This document shows positions 11,737 to 26,079 of a DNA stretch of 64,000 nt, piece by piece. Both the position numbers and the translations under genes were made by a program. The notes under the pieces were generated by a model. The model saw nothing but the letters and a program-made list of their open reading frames with translations. It was not told the origin of the DNA and searched no databases. The stretch comes from Escherichia coli. Lineage in GTDB: Bacteria; Pseudomonadota; Gammaproteobacteria; Enterobacterales; Enterobacteriaceae. Position 1 is the stretch's first letter. Every line of letters starts with the position of its first letter. The stretch is from NCBI RefSeq assembly GCF_041886205.1, contig NZ_CP169029.1; one strand, written 5' to 3'.

Positions 11737-12153
11737 ATGACGCGTCTTGCTGAGATCCTCGACCAGATGTCCGCTGTGCTTAACGATCTCAAAACGGTAA
11801 TGGATCAAGAGCAGCAACATCTCTCTATGGGGCAGATCAACGGCAGCCAGTTGCAATGGATTACAGAACAAAAAAGCTCACTGCTGGCGACGCTGGATTA
11901 CCTCGAACAGTTACGCAGGAAAGAACCCAATACAGCAAATAGCGCTGATATTAGTCAACGCTGGCAGGAAATTACTGTGAAAACGCAGCAACTACGCCAA
12001 ATGAATCAACATAACGGCTGGTTACTGGAAGGACAGATTGAGCGCAATCAACAGGCGCTGGAAATGTTGAAACCGCATCAGGAACCGACGCTATATGGGG
12101 CGAACGGTCAGACCTCAACAACCCATCGCGGCGGTAAAAAGATTTCGATCTGA
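11737..12153 (+). CDS. flgN: Flagellar export chaperone for FlgK/FlgL
   Basis: 138-aa ORF; conserved position. Confidence 0.93.
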   Translation: MTRLAEILDQMSAVLNDLKTVMDQEQQHLSMGQINGSQLQWITEQKSSLLATLDYLEQLRRKEPNTANSADISQRWQEITVKTQQLRQMNQHNGWLLEGQIERNQQALEMLKPHQEPTLYGANGQTSTTHRGGKKISI

Positions 12154-12162
12154 AGATTATCT

Positions 12163-12183
12163 CCGGCCTGCAATGCAGGCCGG
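12163..12183. terminator. Bidirectional hairpin between convergent flgN and murJ
   Basis: CCGGCCTGCAATGCAGGCCGG near-perfect palindrome. Confidence 0.5.
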
Positions 12184-12192
12184 AATACATTG

Positions 12193-13815
<1,623 letters not shown>

Positions 13816-13837
13816 CTACCGCCAGATGTTACAGGGT

Positions 13838-14761
13838 TTATTCACTCATCGCATCGCGCCAGATCTTGTCAACAATACGTTGCGCCAGCACTGCCTGTTC
13901 GCCGGCGGTTTGCGGAACTGTCTGATTTTGCACGCATTCGATGAAGTGCCGCGCACAGCCGACAAATCCACGTTGCTCAAGCGTGCTCTGCCAACCAGGA
14001 ATCGGTTTATTCACTACACCCTGCCCACGCTCCTCACGCCATTCGCGCATATCCGTAATGTCGATGAGCGCACCGTCAGTCACGGCCTGCACGGTTTCAC
14101 GCTGACTTCCGGCACGGCGATGCATACAAGTGGTGATCTGCAAAGGACCGGCCGAAAAATGGTGCTCGGCAAACAGCATTTCGCCAGCGTCGTTAGTCAG
14201 TAGCGTACCGCCATCCAGAGAGGCTTTGCCGCCCGACAACCACAGCGCGGTATCCACCACATGCAGATAATCATCCAGCAACGTGAAATAAAGATCGTGT
14301 GGCCCGACGCTATTGCTACGATGTTTATCCATTCTTAGCGAGGCTGCGGTGGCGAGTTGCGTTTTTAACTCACCGTAGAGTGGTGCGAAACGACGGTTAA
14401 AACCGACCATCAACGTCAGTTTTTTCCGCGCCGCCAGTTCCACCAGCCGTTCAGCATCGCGCAGATTTTCTGCCAGCGGTTTATCGACACAGACATGTAC
14501 CCCCGCATTGAGTAACGTACTGACCACGTCAAAGTGGCTGGCGGTGCTGGAATGCACAAAAACCGCATCGCAACTGACGGCAAGGCTGGATAACGAATCG
14601 GCATAAGGAATGCGCCAGCTGTCACAAATTGGCAAGGCTTTCGCGCGCGTAGGCGACCAGGCTCCCTGTAACGTCCAGTCAGACGCTGCTGCCAGCACCG
14701 GTAACCACGCTTTTTGCGCAATGCCGCCTAATCCCACTACGCCGATACGTAATTTTTTCAC
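13838..14761 (-). CDS. yceM: Predicted NAD(P)-dependent oxidoreductase (Gfo/Idh/MocA family)
   Basis: GTG start (checked) giving ~307 aa beginning KKLRIGVVGLGGIAQKAW (Rossmann motif). Confidence 0.85.
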   Translation of the reverse strand: MKKLRIGVVGLGGIAQKAWLPVLAAASDWTLQGAWSPTRAKALPICDSWRIPYADSLSSLAVSCDAVFVHSSTASHFDVVSTLLNAGVHVCVDKPLAENLRDAERLVELAARKKLTLMVGFNRRFAPLYGELKTQLATAASLRMDKHRSNSVGPHDLYFTLLDDYLHVVDTALWLSGGKASLDGGTLLTNDAGEMLFAEHHFSAGPLQITTCMHRRAGSQRETVQAVTDGALIDITDMREWREERGQGVVNKPIPGWQSTLEQRGFVGCARHFIECVQNQTVPQTAGEQAVLAQRIVDKIWRDAMSE

Positions 14762-14762
14762 T

Positions 14763-16005
<1,243 letters not shown>

Positions 16006-16240
16006 TCTATACCTACTCCTTCCCGTAACGTCTTTAATACGCTGTAAGTATTACTATACCTGCGCAACCAGACCCTGTGAAAAGTCCAAAATGCCATTTT
16101 CTGCATTATTCACATATTTGATAAAAACTCTCTATCAAAGCGACGTTTTGATAAAAAAATATTGTCCCCGAAGTGATGGGAAAAGTCTTAGCGGCAATGC
16201 AGAATAGAAAGTGCTCACCTTTTATTTCCCGGGAGGGGAA

Positions 16241-17449
16241 ATGTCCCGCGTGTCGCAGGCGAGGAACCTGGGTAAATATTTCCTGCTCATCGATAATATG
16301 CTGGTCGTGCTGGGGTTCTTTGTTGTCTTCCCGCTGATCTCTATCCGCTTCGTTGATCAAATGGGCTGGGCCGCCGTCATGGTCGGTATTGCCCTCGGCC
16401 TACGCCAGTTTATTCAGCAAGGTCTGGGTATTTTCGGCGGCGCAATTGCCGACCGCTTTGGTGCCAAACCGATGATTGTTACCGGTATGCTGATGCGTGC
16501 CGCCGGATTCGCCACAATGGGTATCGCTCACGAACCGTGGCTACTGTGGTTTTCATGCCTGCTTTCGGGACTCGGCGGCACGTTGTTTGATCCGCCGCGT
16601 TCGGCGCTGGTGGTGAAACTAATCCGTCCACAACAACGTGGTCGTTTTTTCTCGCTGTTGATGATGCAGGACAGTGCCGGTGCGGTCATTGGCGCATTGT
16701 TGGGGAGCTGGCTGTTGCAATACGACTTTCGCCTGGTCTGCGCCACAGGGGCAGTTTTGTTTGTGCTGTGTGCAGCGTTCAATGCGTGGTTGTTACCGGC
16801 ATGGAAACTCTCCACCGTACGCACGCCCGTTCGCGAAGGCATGACCCGCGTGATGCGCGACAAGCGTTTTGTCACCTATGTCCTGACGCTGGCGGGTTAC
16901 TACATGCTGGCTGTACAAGTGATGCTGATGCTGCCAATTATGGTCAACGACGTGGCGGGCGCGCCCTCTGCCGTTAAATGGATGTATGCCATTGAAGCGT
17001 GTCTGTCGTTAACGTTGCTCTATCCTATCGCCCGCTGGAGTGAAAAGCATTTTCGTCTGGAACACCGGTTGATGGCTGGGCTGTTGATAATGTCATTAAG
17101 CATGATGCCGGTGGGCATGGTCAGCGGCCTGCAACAACTTTTCACCCTGATTTGTCTGTTTTATATCGGGTCGATCATTGCCGAGCCTGCGCGTGAAACC
17201 TTAAGTGCTTCGCTGGCGGACGCAAGAGCTCGCGGCAGCTATATGGGGTTTAGCCGTCTGGGTCTGGCGATTGGTGGCGCTATTGGTTATATCGGTGGCG
17301 GCTGGCTGTTTGACCTGGGCAAATCGGCGCACCAGCCAGAGCTTCCGTGGATGATGCTGGGAATTATTGGCATCTTCACTTTCCTTGCGCTGGGTTGGCA
17401 GTTTAGTCAGAAACGCGCCGCGCGTCGTTTGCTGGAACGCGACGCCTGA
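16241..17449 (+). CDS. mdtH: MFS multidrug efflux transporter
   Basis: Track ORF trimmed to [19 protein letters not shown] (402 aa); ATG checked at 16241. Confidence 0.9.
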
Positions 17450-17512
17450 TTTGATACTCCCCCCTGACTCCTCCATACTGAAAGTGAACTGACAGCCAAA
17501 TGGAGGAGTCAC

Positions 17513-18160
17513 GTGAAGCTATACATTTACGATCACTGCCCTTACTGCCTCAAAGCCCGCATGATTTTCGGCCTGAAAAATATCCCCGTCGAATTACATG
17601 TTCTGCTCAACGACGACGCAGAAACACCCACCCGGATGGTCGGTCAAAAACAGGTTCCCATTCTGCAAAAAGATGACAGCCGCTATATGCCAGAAAGCAT
17701 GGACATCGTTCACTATGTCGATAAACTCGATGGCAAACCGTTACTGACCGGCAAACGTTCCCCTGCCATTGAAGAGTGGCTGCGCAAGGTCAATGGCTAC
17801 GCCAACAAACTGCTGTTGCCGCGTTTTGCCAAATCGGCATTTGATGAGTTTTCTACTCCCGCCGCGCGCAAATATTTCGTCGACAAGAAAGAGGCCAGCG
17901 CGGGTAATTTTGCCGACCTGCTGGCCCACTCTGACGGTCTAATTAAGAATATCAGCGATGATTTACGTGCGCTGGACAAACTGATCGTCAAACCGAACGC
18001 CGTGAATGGCGAACTTTCGGAAGATGATATTCAGCTATTTCCGCTGCTGCGTAATCTGACGCTGGTAGCCGGAATCAACTGGCCAAGCCGCGTTGCTGAT
18101 TACCGCGATAATATGGCGAAACAGACACAAATCAATTTGTTATCATCAATGGCGATTTAA
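17513..18160 (+). CDS. grxB: Glutaredoxin 2
   Basis: 215-aa ORF with CPYC active site; apparent GTG start preceded by GGAGG. Confidence 0.9.
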   Translation: MKLYIYDHCPYCLKARMIFGLKNIPVELHVLLNDDAETPTRMVGQKQVPILQKDDSRYMPESMDIVHYVDKLDGKPLLTGKRSPAIEEWLRKVNGYANKLLLPRFAKSAFDEFSTPAARKYFVDKKEASAGNFADLLAHSDGLIKNISDDLRALDKLIVKPNAVNGELSEDDIQLFPLLRNLTLVAGINWPSRVADYRDNMAKQTQINLLSSMAI

Positions 18161-18293
18161 TCCTGACCCGCCGCGGCAGCCTGTATTCGCGGGTTGCCGC
18201 CGTTTTCAGTTTTTTCTGCTGGCGAGTTTATCGCTGGTGACACATGCTGCGTTGTGTCAGGATATTGACGCAGATTTCATGTCGAGGACTACC

Positions 18294-18854
18294 ATGAACA
18301 AGTTTTTATTTGCCGCTGCATTGATCGTCAGTGGCCTGCTCGTTGGCTGTAATCAACTCACCCAATACACCATCACCGAACAAGAAATTAACCAGTCGCT
18401 TGCGAAACATAATAATTTCTCAAAAGATATCGGTTTACCCGGCGTGGCTGACGCCCATATTGTTCTGACAAACTTGACCAGCCAAATTGGTCGCGAAGAG
18501 CCGAATAAGGTTACCCTAACCGGAGACGCCAATCTGGACATGAACTCCCTGTTCGGTAGTCAGAAAGCGACCATGAAACTGAAGCTGAAAGCGCTGCCCG
18601 TGTTTGATAAAGAAAAAGGTGCGATCTTCCTGAAAGAGATGGAAGTGGTCGATGCGACGGTACAACCGGAAAAAATGCAAACGGTGATGCAAACGTTGCT
18701 TCCCTATTTGAACCAGGCATTACGCAATTACTTTAACCAGCAACCTGCTTACGTCCTGCGCGAAGATGGCAGCCAGGGCGAAGCAATGGCGAAAAAACTG
18801 GCGAAAGGCATTGAAGTGAAGCCAGGCGAAATTGTCATTCCATTTACTGATTAA
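18294..18854 (+). CDS. yceB: Lipoprotein YceB
   Basis: Track ORF 18093..18854 trimmed to MNKFLFAAALIVSGLLVGC (lipobox), 186 aa. Confidence 0.85.
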   Translation: MNKFLFAAALIVSGLLVGCNQLTQYTITEQEINQSLAKHNNFSKDIGLPGVADAHIVLTNLTSQIGREEPNKVTLTGDANLDMNSLFGSQKATMKLKLKALPVFDKEKGAIFLKEMEVVDATVQPEKMQTVMQTLLPYLNQALRNYFNQQPAYVLREDGSQGEAMAKKLAKGIEVKPGEIVIPFTD

Positions 18855-18860
18855 TCACGA

Positions 18861-18886
18861 GGGCGCATTTGCGCCCTTTATTTTTC
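18861..18886 (+). terminator. Intrinsic terminator after yceB
   Basis: GGGCGC-ATTT-GCGCCC hairpin followed by TTTATTTTT. Confidence 0.65.
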
Positions 18887-18892
18887 GTGCAA

Positions 18893-18908
18893 AGGAAAAC
18901 GTTTCCGC
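18893..18908 (+). promoter_or_regulatory. PurR operator upstream of pyrC
   Basis: AGGAAAACGTTTCCGC, palindromic AAAACGTTT core characteristic of PurR boxes. Confidence 0.55.
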
Positions 18909-18959
18909 TTATCCTTTGTGTCCGGCAAAAACATCCCTTCAGCCGGAGCATAGAGATTA

Positions 18960-20006
18960 ATGACTGCACCATCCCAGGTATTAAAGATCCGCCGCCCAGA
19001 CGACTGGCACCTTCACCTCCGCGATGGCGACATGTTAAAAACTGTCGTGCCGTATACCAGCGAAATTTATGGACGGGCTATCGTAATGCCCAATCTGGCT
19101 CCGCCCGTGACCACCGTTGAGGCTGCCGTGGCGTATCGCCAACGTATTCTTGACGCCGTACCTGCCGGGCACGACTTCACCCCATTGATGACCTGTTATT
19201 TAACAGATTCGCTGGATCCTAATGAGCTGGAGCGCGGATTTAACGAAGGCGTGTTCACCGCTGCAAAACTTTACCCGGCAAACGCAACCACTAACTCCAG
19301 CCACGGCGTGACGTCGATTGACGCAATCATGCCGGTACTTGAGCGCATGGAAAAAATCGGTATGCCGCTACTGGTGCATGGTGAAGTGACACATGCAGAT
19401 ATCGACATTTTTGATCGTGAAGCGCGCTTTATAGAAAGCGTGATGGAACCGCTGCGCCAGCGCCTGACTGCACTGAAAGTCGTTTTTGAACACATCACCA
19501 CCAAAGACGCAGCCGACTATGTCCGTGACGGAAATGAACGACTGGCTGCTACCATCACTCCGCAACATCTGATGTTTAACCGCAACCATATGCTGGTTGG
19601 TGGCGTGCGTCCGCACCTGTATTGTCTACCCATCCTCAAACGCAATATTCACCAACAGGCACTGCGTGAACTGGTCGCCAGCGGTTTTAATCGAGTATTC
19701 CTCGGTACGGATTCTGCGCCACATGCACGTCATCGCAAAGAGAGCACCTGCGGCTGCGCGGGCTGCTTCAACGCCCCAACCGCGCTGGGAAGTTACGCCA
19801 CCGTCTTTGAAGAGATGAATGCTCTGCAGCACTTTGAAGCATTCTGTTCTGTAAACGGCCCGCAGTTCTATGGGTTACCGGTCAACGACACATTCATCGA
19901 ACTGGTACGTGAAGAGCAACAGGTTGCTGAAAGCATCGCACTGACTGATGACACCCTGGTGCCATTCCTCGCCGGGGAAACGGTACGCTGGTCCGTTAAA
20001 CAATAA
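18960..20006 (+). CDS. pyrC: Dihydroorotase
   Basis: 348-aa ORF starting [26 protein letters not shown] (metal-binding HxH). Confidence 0.95.
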   Translation: MTAPSQVLKIRRPDDWHLHLRDGDMLKTVVPYTSEIYGRAIVMPNLAPPVTTVEAAVAYRQRILDAVPAGHDFTPLMTCYLTDSLDPNELERGFNEGVFTAAKLYPANATTNSSHGVTSIDAIMPVLERMEKIGMPLLVHGEVTHADIDIFDREARFIESVMEPLRQRLTALKVVFEHITTKDAADYVRDGNERLAATITPQHLMFNRNHMLVGGVRPHLYCLPILKRNIHQQALRELVASGFNRVFLGTDSAPHARHRKESTCGCAGCFNAPTALGSYATVFEEMNALQHFEAFCSVNGPQFYGLPVNDTFIELVREEQQVAESIALTDDTLVPFLAGETVRWSVKQ

Positions 20007-20042
20007 AAATCGTAGCTTCCTGTTGTCATTAGGTTATTTTAC

Positions 20043-20058
20043 CTGTATAAATAACCAG
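20043..20058 (+). promoter_or_regulatory. LexA (SOS) box upstream of dinI
   Basis: CTGTATAAATAACCAG, matches CTGT-N8-ACAG family. Confidence 0.75.
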
Positions 20059-20079
20059 TATATTCAACAGGGGGCTATT

Positions 20080-20325
20080 ATGCGAATTGAAGTCACCATA
20101 GCGAAAACTTCTCCATTGCCAGCTGGGGCTATTGACGCCCTGGCTGGCGAACTTTCCCGCCGTATTCAGTATGCGTTTCCTGATAATGAAGGCCACGTAT
20201 CAGTACGTTATGCCGCAGCGAATAATTTATCGGTTATTGGCGCGACAAAAGAAGATAAACAGCGCATTAGCGAAATTCTCCAGGAAACGTGGGAAAGCGC
20301 CGATGACTGGTTTGTCAGCGAATAA
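20080..20325 (+). CDS. dinI: DNA damage-inducible protein I
   Basis: 81-aa ORF starting MRIEVTIAKTSPLPAGAIDAL; ATG checked at 20080. Confidence 0.9.
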   Translation: MRIEVTIAKTSPLPAGAIDALAGELSRRIQYAFPDNEGHVSVRYAAANNLSVIGATKEDKQRISEILQETWESADDWFVSE

Positions 20326-20346
20326 TATGCAGTGATTTTTGTTTTT

Positions 20347-20372
20347 GCCGGGTCGCCCCGGCTTTTTTATTT
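20347..20372 (+). terminator. Intrinsic terminator after dinI
   Basis: GCCGGG-TCGC-CCCGGC hairpin followed by TTTTTTATTTT. Confidence 0.65.
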
Positions 20373-20614
20373 TACTTACAAATTTTGAGTACAAAATTTC
20401 TACACTTCCTCAAAATAATTGCACAATATGCTAAAAAAATATGAATGACATGCTGTTTTATTGTTCATATAAATCTTAAAAGCAGAAATTTATCTGTTCC
20501 CCCCTTTAAAAATTCGGTGAATACCCTTACTTATTGGTATACTGAAGTTGCTTCAGATAAAAACGCATTGAACCTCGAATAACGTTGTCTAGTAACACGA
20601 ATTAGGGGGCCATG

Positions 20615-20869
20615 ATGGAAAAAAATAATGAAGTCATTCAGACTCATCCGCTCGTAGGGTGGGACATCAGCACCGTTGATAGCTATGATGCGCTGATGTT
20701 GCGTTTGCACTACCAGACCCCAAATAAGTCCGAGCAGGAAGGGACTGAAGTTGGTCAGACGCTCTGGTTAACCACTGATGTTGCCAGACAATTTATTTCG
20801 ATATTAGAAGCAGGAATCGCCAAAATTGAATCCGGTGATTTCCCGGTAAACGAGTATCGGCGTCATTAA
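20615..20869 (+). CDS. bssS: Biofilm regulator BssS
   Basis: 84/85-aa ORF (MEKNNEVIQTHPLVGWDIS...). Confidence 0.85.
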   Translation: MEKNNEVIQTHPLVGWDISTVDSYDALMLRLHYQTPNKSEQEGTEVGQTLWLTTDVARQFISILEAGIAKIESGDFPVNEYRRH

Positions 20870-20983
20870 CATGACATGACCATCCACCCAAAAGGCACCT
20901 CACCGGTGCCTTTACCATTTCTGGGTTGTATATCTGCATTCAGTTAATTACTCTGCTTAAACCATGAGAGCAGAGAGAAAAAA

Positions 20984-22102
20984 ATGAAATACGATCTCAT
21001 CATTATTGGCAGCGGTTCCGTAGGCGCTGCCGCCGGGTATTATGCAACCCGCGCCGGTTTAAACGTGCTAATGACCGACGCCCATATGCCACCACATCAA
21101 CACGGCAGCCACCACGGCGATACGCGATTAATTCGCCATGCTTATGGTGAAGGCGAAAAGTATGTCCCGCTGGTCCTCCGCGCGCAAACGCTGTGGGATG
21201 AACTTTCCCGCCACAACGAAGATGATCCCATTTTTGTACGCTCTGGTGTCATTAACCTCGGCCCGGCTGACTCCGCATTTCTCGCCAACGTCGCCCACAG
21301 CGCCGAACAGTGGCAACTCAACGTTGAAAAGCTCGATGCGCAAGGGATTATGGCCCGCTGGCCAGAAATACGCGTCCCGGACAACTACATCGGCTTATTT
21401 GAAACTGATTCCGGTTTTTTGCGCAGCGAACTGGCGATTAAAACCTGGATCCAACTGGCGAAGGAAGCGGGCTGTGCGCAACTGTTCAACTGCCCGGTCA
21501 CCGCAATTCGTCATGACGATGATGGCGTAACTATTGAAACCGTTGACGGTGAGTATCAGGCGAAAAAAGCGATTGTCTGCGCGGGAACATGGGTAAAAGA
21601 CCTGCTCCCGGAGCTGCCTGTCCAGCCCGTACGTAAAGTATTTGCCTGGTATCAGGCCGATGGCCGCTATAGCGTGAAGAATAAATTCCCGGCGTTTACC
21701 GGTGAACTGCCCAATGGCGATCAATATTATGGTTTTCCGGCAGAAAACGACGCGTTGAAGATTGGCAAACATAACGGAGGCCAGGTTATCCATTCAGCGG
21801 ATGAACGTGTTCCGTTTGCGGAAGTGGTCAGCGATGGTTCGGAAGCCTTCCCGTTCTTGCGCAATGTATTGCCGGGTATCGGTTGCTGCCTGTACGGCGC
21901 TGCCTGCACCTATGATAATTCGCCTGACGAAGATTTTATTATCGATACCCTACCCGGCCACGATAATACACTGCTCATTACCGGCCTGAGTGGGCACGGT
22001 TTTAAATTTGCGTCAGTTTTAGGGGAAATAGCTGCCGATTTTGCGCAAGACAAAAAAAGCGATTTTGATTTGACGCCATTCAGGCTTTCCCGCTTCCAAT
22101 AA
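20984..22102 (+). CDS. solA: N-methyl-L-tryptophan oxidase
   Basis: 372-aa ORF with FAD-binding [14 protein letters not shown]-terminus. Confidence 0.9.
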
Positions 22103-22111
22103 TCATCATTA

Positions 22112-22136
22112 CGGCCTCCAGAATGAGGCCGTTTTT
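22112..22136 (+). terminator. Intrinsic terminator after solA
   Basis: CGGCCTC-loop-GAGGCCG hairpin followed by TTTTT. Confidence 0.65.
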
Positions 22137-22149
22137 ACAGGAGTATTTA

Positions 22150-22263
22150 ATGCGTCGGCTGTTGCACTATCTCATCAATAATATTCGCGAGCATCTGATG
22201 CTTTATCTTTTTCTCTGGGGATTGTTGGCAATTATGGATCTGATCTATGTGTTTTATTTTTAG
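22150..22263 (+). CDS. yceO: Small membrane protein YceO (short ORF, not in the ORF track)
   Basis: ATG at 22150 preceded by AGGAG; 37 codons [37 protein letters not shown], hydrophobic; position between solA and yceJ. Confidence 0.5.
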
Positions 22264-22523
22264 TTTTCCGCACTGACATAAACTGACAAATATTTAATCT
22301 CCCTTTCATTTAGCGTGAAAAATTGAATGAGATTATTCCTGCTTCTACAGCACTCACCAGACATCTCTGATGCTGAACCCACTAAACTTATGAAGATTCT
22401 TTCATTATTAATTCAAAATTATTGAAATAAAAATAAATATCATTCAATTTGTTATTTTTGTGTTGCAATTCATTCTCCGACACGCCATTTTCTTTCTCTC
22501 GCAAATTCGTATTGGATGCACTT

Positions 22524-23090
22524 ATGTCATTCACAAATACCCCTGAACGCTATGGTGTTATATCTGCGGCCTTCCATTGGCTAAGCGCAATTATTGTCTA
22601 CGGCATGTTTGCTTTAGGTCTGTGGATGGTCACGCTCAGTTATTACGATGGCTGGTATCACAAAGCACCCGAACTGCATAAAAGCATCGGTATTTTGTTA
22701 ATGATGGGGCTGGTTATTCGCGTTCTGTGGCGTGTCATATCTCCACCGCCGGGTCCGCTGCCGAGTTATTCGCCCATGACTCGTCTTGCCGCAAAAGCTG
22801 GACATCTCGCATTGTACCTATTGCTGTTCGCCATCGGCATCAGCGGCTATCTGATCTCAACTGCCGATGGTAAACCGATCAGCGTTTTTGGCTGGTTTGA
22901 CGTCCCCGCGACCCTTGCCGACGCTGGCGCACAGGCAGACTTTGCCGGTGCCCTGCATTTTTGGCTCGCGTGGAGCGTCGTAGTACTGTCCGTTATGCAC
23001 GGATTTATGGCCCTGAAGCATCATTTCATCGATAAAGACGACACTCTGAAGCGCATGCTGGGAAAGTCGTCATCTGACTATGGAGTATAA
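22524..23090 (+). CDS. yceJ: Cytochrome b561 family protein
   Basis: Track ORF trimmed to MSFTNTPERYGVISAAFHWL (188 aa); 4-TM b561-like. Confidence 0.85.
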   Translation: MSFTNTPERYGVISAAFHWLSAIIVYGMFALGLWMVTLSYYDGWYHKAPELHKSIGILLMMGLVIRVLWRVISPPPGPLPSYSPMTRLAAKAGHLALYLLLFAIGISGYLISTADGKPISVFGWFDVPATLADAGAQADFAGALHFWLAWSVVVLSVMHGFMALKHHFIDKDDTLKRMLGKSSSDYGV

Positions 23091-23093
23091 AAA

Positions 23094-23669
23094 ATGAAAA
23101 AAAGCCTGCTTGGTTTAACCTTCGCGTCCCTGATGTTCTCTGCCGGTTCAGCGGTTGCCGCCGATTACAAAATTGACAAAGAAGGTCAGCACGCCTTTGT
23201 TAATTTCCGCATCCAGCACCTTGGCTATAGCTGGTTATACGGCACCTTTAAAGATTTCGACGGTACTTTTACCTTTGACGAAAAAAATCCGGCTGCCGAT
23301 AAAGTGAATGTGACAATTAACACCACCAGCGTCGATACTAATCACGCCGAACGCGATAAACATCTTCGCAGTGCAGATTTCCTCAATACCGCAAAATATC
23401 CACAGGCAACATTCACCTCCACCAGCGTGAAGAAAGACGGTGACGAACTGGATATTACCGGCGATCTGACGCTGAATGGCGTAACCAAACCCGTCACGCT
23501 GGAAGCGAAATTAATTGGTCAGGGCGACGACCCATGGGGTGGTAAACGTGCAGGCTTCGAGGCCGAAGGCAAAATTAAGCTCAAGGACTTCAATATCAAG
23601 ACAGATTTAGGTCCAGCTTCTCAGGAAGTGGATCTGATTATTTCAGTGGAAGGCGTACAGCAGAAGTAA
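23094..23669 (+). CDS. yceI: Periplasmic polyisoprenoid-binding protein YceI
   Basis: 191-aa ORF with signal peptide. Confidence 0.9.
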
Positions 23670-23710
23670 GAGTGAAATGTTGCCGGATGGCACGCATCCG
23701 GCAATGATAT

Positions 23711-24763
23711 TTATTCCGTTGGATCAGGAATGCCCAGTGTTGTATTCAGACGTCCACGAGACTTATTAAAGATCTTATTGCCATTTTCACGTCCTGCCCG
23801 ACGGCGTCGCTGTTCTTCTGGCGGTAACGCGCTTTCTTCGCAGCAAATCTCACTACAACAACCTTTGTATTTTTCCGCACATACTGGACACTGAATAAAC
23901 AGCAGGTGGCAGCCATCATTTTTACAGTTGGTATGGCTGTCGCACGGCGCACCGCACTGGTGGCAATGCGCGATAATCTCATCAGATATACGTTCGCCCA
24001 TCCGCTCGTCAAAAACAAAATTTTTGCCAATAAAACGCACCGGCAAGCCCTGCTCGCGCGCCTTACGGGCGTATTCAATAATTCCGCCCTCGATATGCCA
24101 GACTTTGTTGAATCCGTTATGTTTCATCCAGGCACTGGCCTTTTCACAACGAATGCCGCCGGTGCAGTACATGACGATTTTTTTATCTTTATGTGCCTGC
24201 ATCATCTCGACTGCTTTTGGCAGCTGCTCACGGAAGGTATCTGCCGGAATTTCGAGCGCGTTTTCAAAGTGCCCCACTTCATACTCATAGTGGTTACGCA
24301 TGTCGATAAATAGTGCATCGGGATCGTCAAGCATGGCGTTCACTTCCGCCGCTTGCAGATACTCACCAACATTGCTGGCATCAAAGTGAGGATCGTCAAT
24401 ACCGTCGGCAACAATGCGATCGCGTACCTTCATGCGCAGTACCCAGAAGGATTTCCCGTCATCATCCAACGCGATATTCAGGCGTAAACCCTCTAAAGCC
24501 GGGTCGAAGGCATAGAGCTGCGCGCGAAATGTTTCAACATTGCTCGCAGGTACGCTGATTTGCGCGTTAATGCCCTCATGCGCCAGATACACTCGCCCAA
24601 AAACATTCAGCGCGGTAAACAGCTGATATAAAGCGTCACGGGTCGCCTTAGGATCGGCGATGTGGAAATACTTGTAAAACGAAATGGTGGTTCGCGGTTC
24701 GCTCTCAGCCAACATTTTGGCTTTTAGCGCGTCGTTGGAAATGCGGTTGTGTAACACTGGCAT
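23711..24763 (-). CDS. yceA: Rhodanese-domain tRNA uridine(34) hydroxylase
   Basis: Track ORF trimmed to [10 protein letters not shown] (350 aa); start codon checked; Cys-rich C-terminus. Confidence 0.85.
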
Positions 24764-24987
24764 GGTGTACGGTTCCTGCGAGATGGGAAAGTAAAAATCC
24801 GCGGCATGATATAGCAATTATCGATAATTAACATCCACACATTTTACGCTACATTTGCGCATTAAAAATTATTTGTTATTTACAAGCGCGGCAATTTCGC
24901 CCAGTCTTCAGCCACAAATTTTGGTTGCGGGCGAAAAAATGCGACAATACATACAATTGCCCGAATAGGTTGAAAAACAGGATTGAT

Positions 24988-25908
24988 ATGACGAATCTAC
25001 CCAAGTTCTCCACCGCACTGCTTCATCCGCGTTATTGGTTAACCTGGTTGGGTATTGGCGTACTTTGGTTAGTCGTGCAATTGCCCTACCCGGTTATCTA
25101 CCGCCTCGGTTGTGGATTAGGAAAACTGGCGTTACGTTTTATGAAACGACGCGCAAAAATTGTGCATCGCAACCTGGAACTGTGCTTCCCGGAAATGAGC
25201 GAACAAGAACGCCGTAAAATGGTGGTGAAGAATTTCGAATCCGTTGGCATGGGCCTGATGGAAACCGGCATGGCGTGGTTCTGGCCGGACCGCCGAATCG
25301 CCCGCTGGACGGAAGTGATCGGCATGGAACACATTCGTGACGTGCAGGCGCAAAAACGCGGCATCCTGTTAGTTGGCATCCATTTTCTGACACTGGAGCT
25401 GGGCGCGCGGCAGTTTGGTATGCAGGAACCGGGGATTGGCGTTTACCGCCCGAACGATAATCCACTGATTGACTGGCTACAAACCTGGGGCCGTTTGCGC
25501 TCAAATAAATCGATGCTCGACCGCAAAGATTTAAAAGGCATGATTAAAGCCCTGAAAAAAGGCGAAGTGGTCTGGTACGCACCGGATCATGATTACGGCC
25601 CGCGCTCAAGCGTTTTCGTCCCGTTATTTGCCGTTGAGCAGGCTGCGACCACGACCGGAACCTGGATGCTGGCACGGATGTCCGGCGCATGTCTGGTGCC
25701 CTTCGTTCCACGCCGTAAGCCAGATGGCAAAGGGTATCAATTGATTATGCTGCCGCCAGAGTGTTCTCCGCCACTGGATGATGCCGAAACTACCGCCGCG
25801 TGGATGAACAAAGTGGTCGAAAAATGCATCATGATGGCACCAGAGCAGTATATGTGGTTACACCGTCGCTTTAAAACACGCCCGGAAGGCGTTCCTTCAC
25901 GCTATTAA
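24988..25908 (+). CDS. lpxL: Lipid A biosynthesis lauroyltransferase
   Basis: Track ORF trimmed to [17 protein letters not shown] (306 aa); ATG checked at 24988. Confidence 0.9.
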
Positions 25909-26079
25909 ATCTTCCATGCCGGATGCTTCAGAATGGCATCCGGCATTACCACAGCAAATCCCCCTGATTTAGCGATAAAAGCTCTCTGGATTGCACCCCC
26001 TGGAAGTCGGGCGCATAATTAGTGTGCTTATCTTTTCTTCTTATGTTCACCGCGCCTGGCGCACCAACAGCGGATTGCT

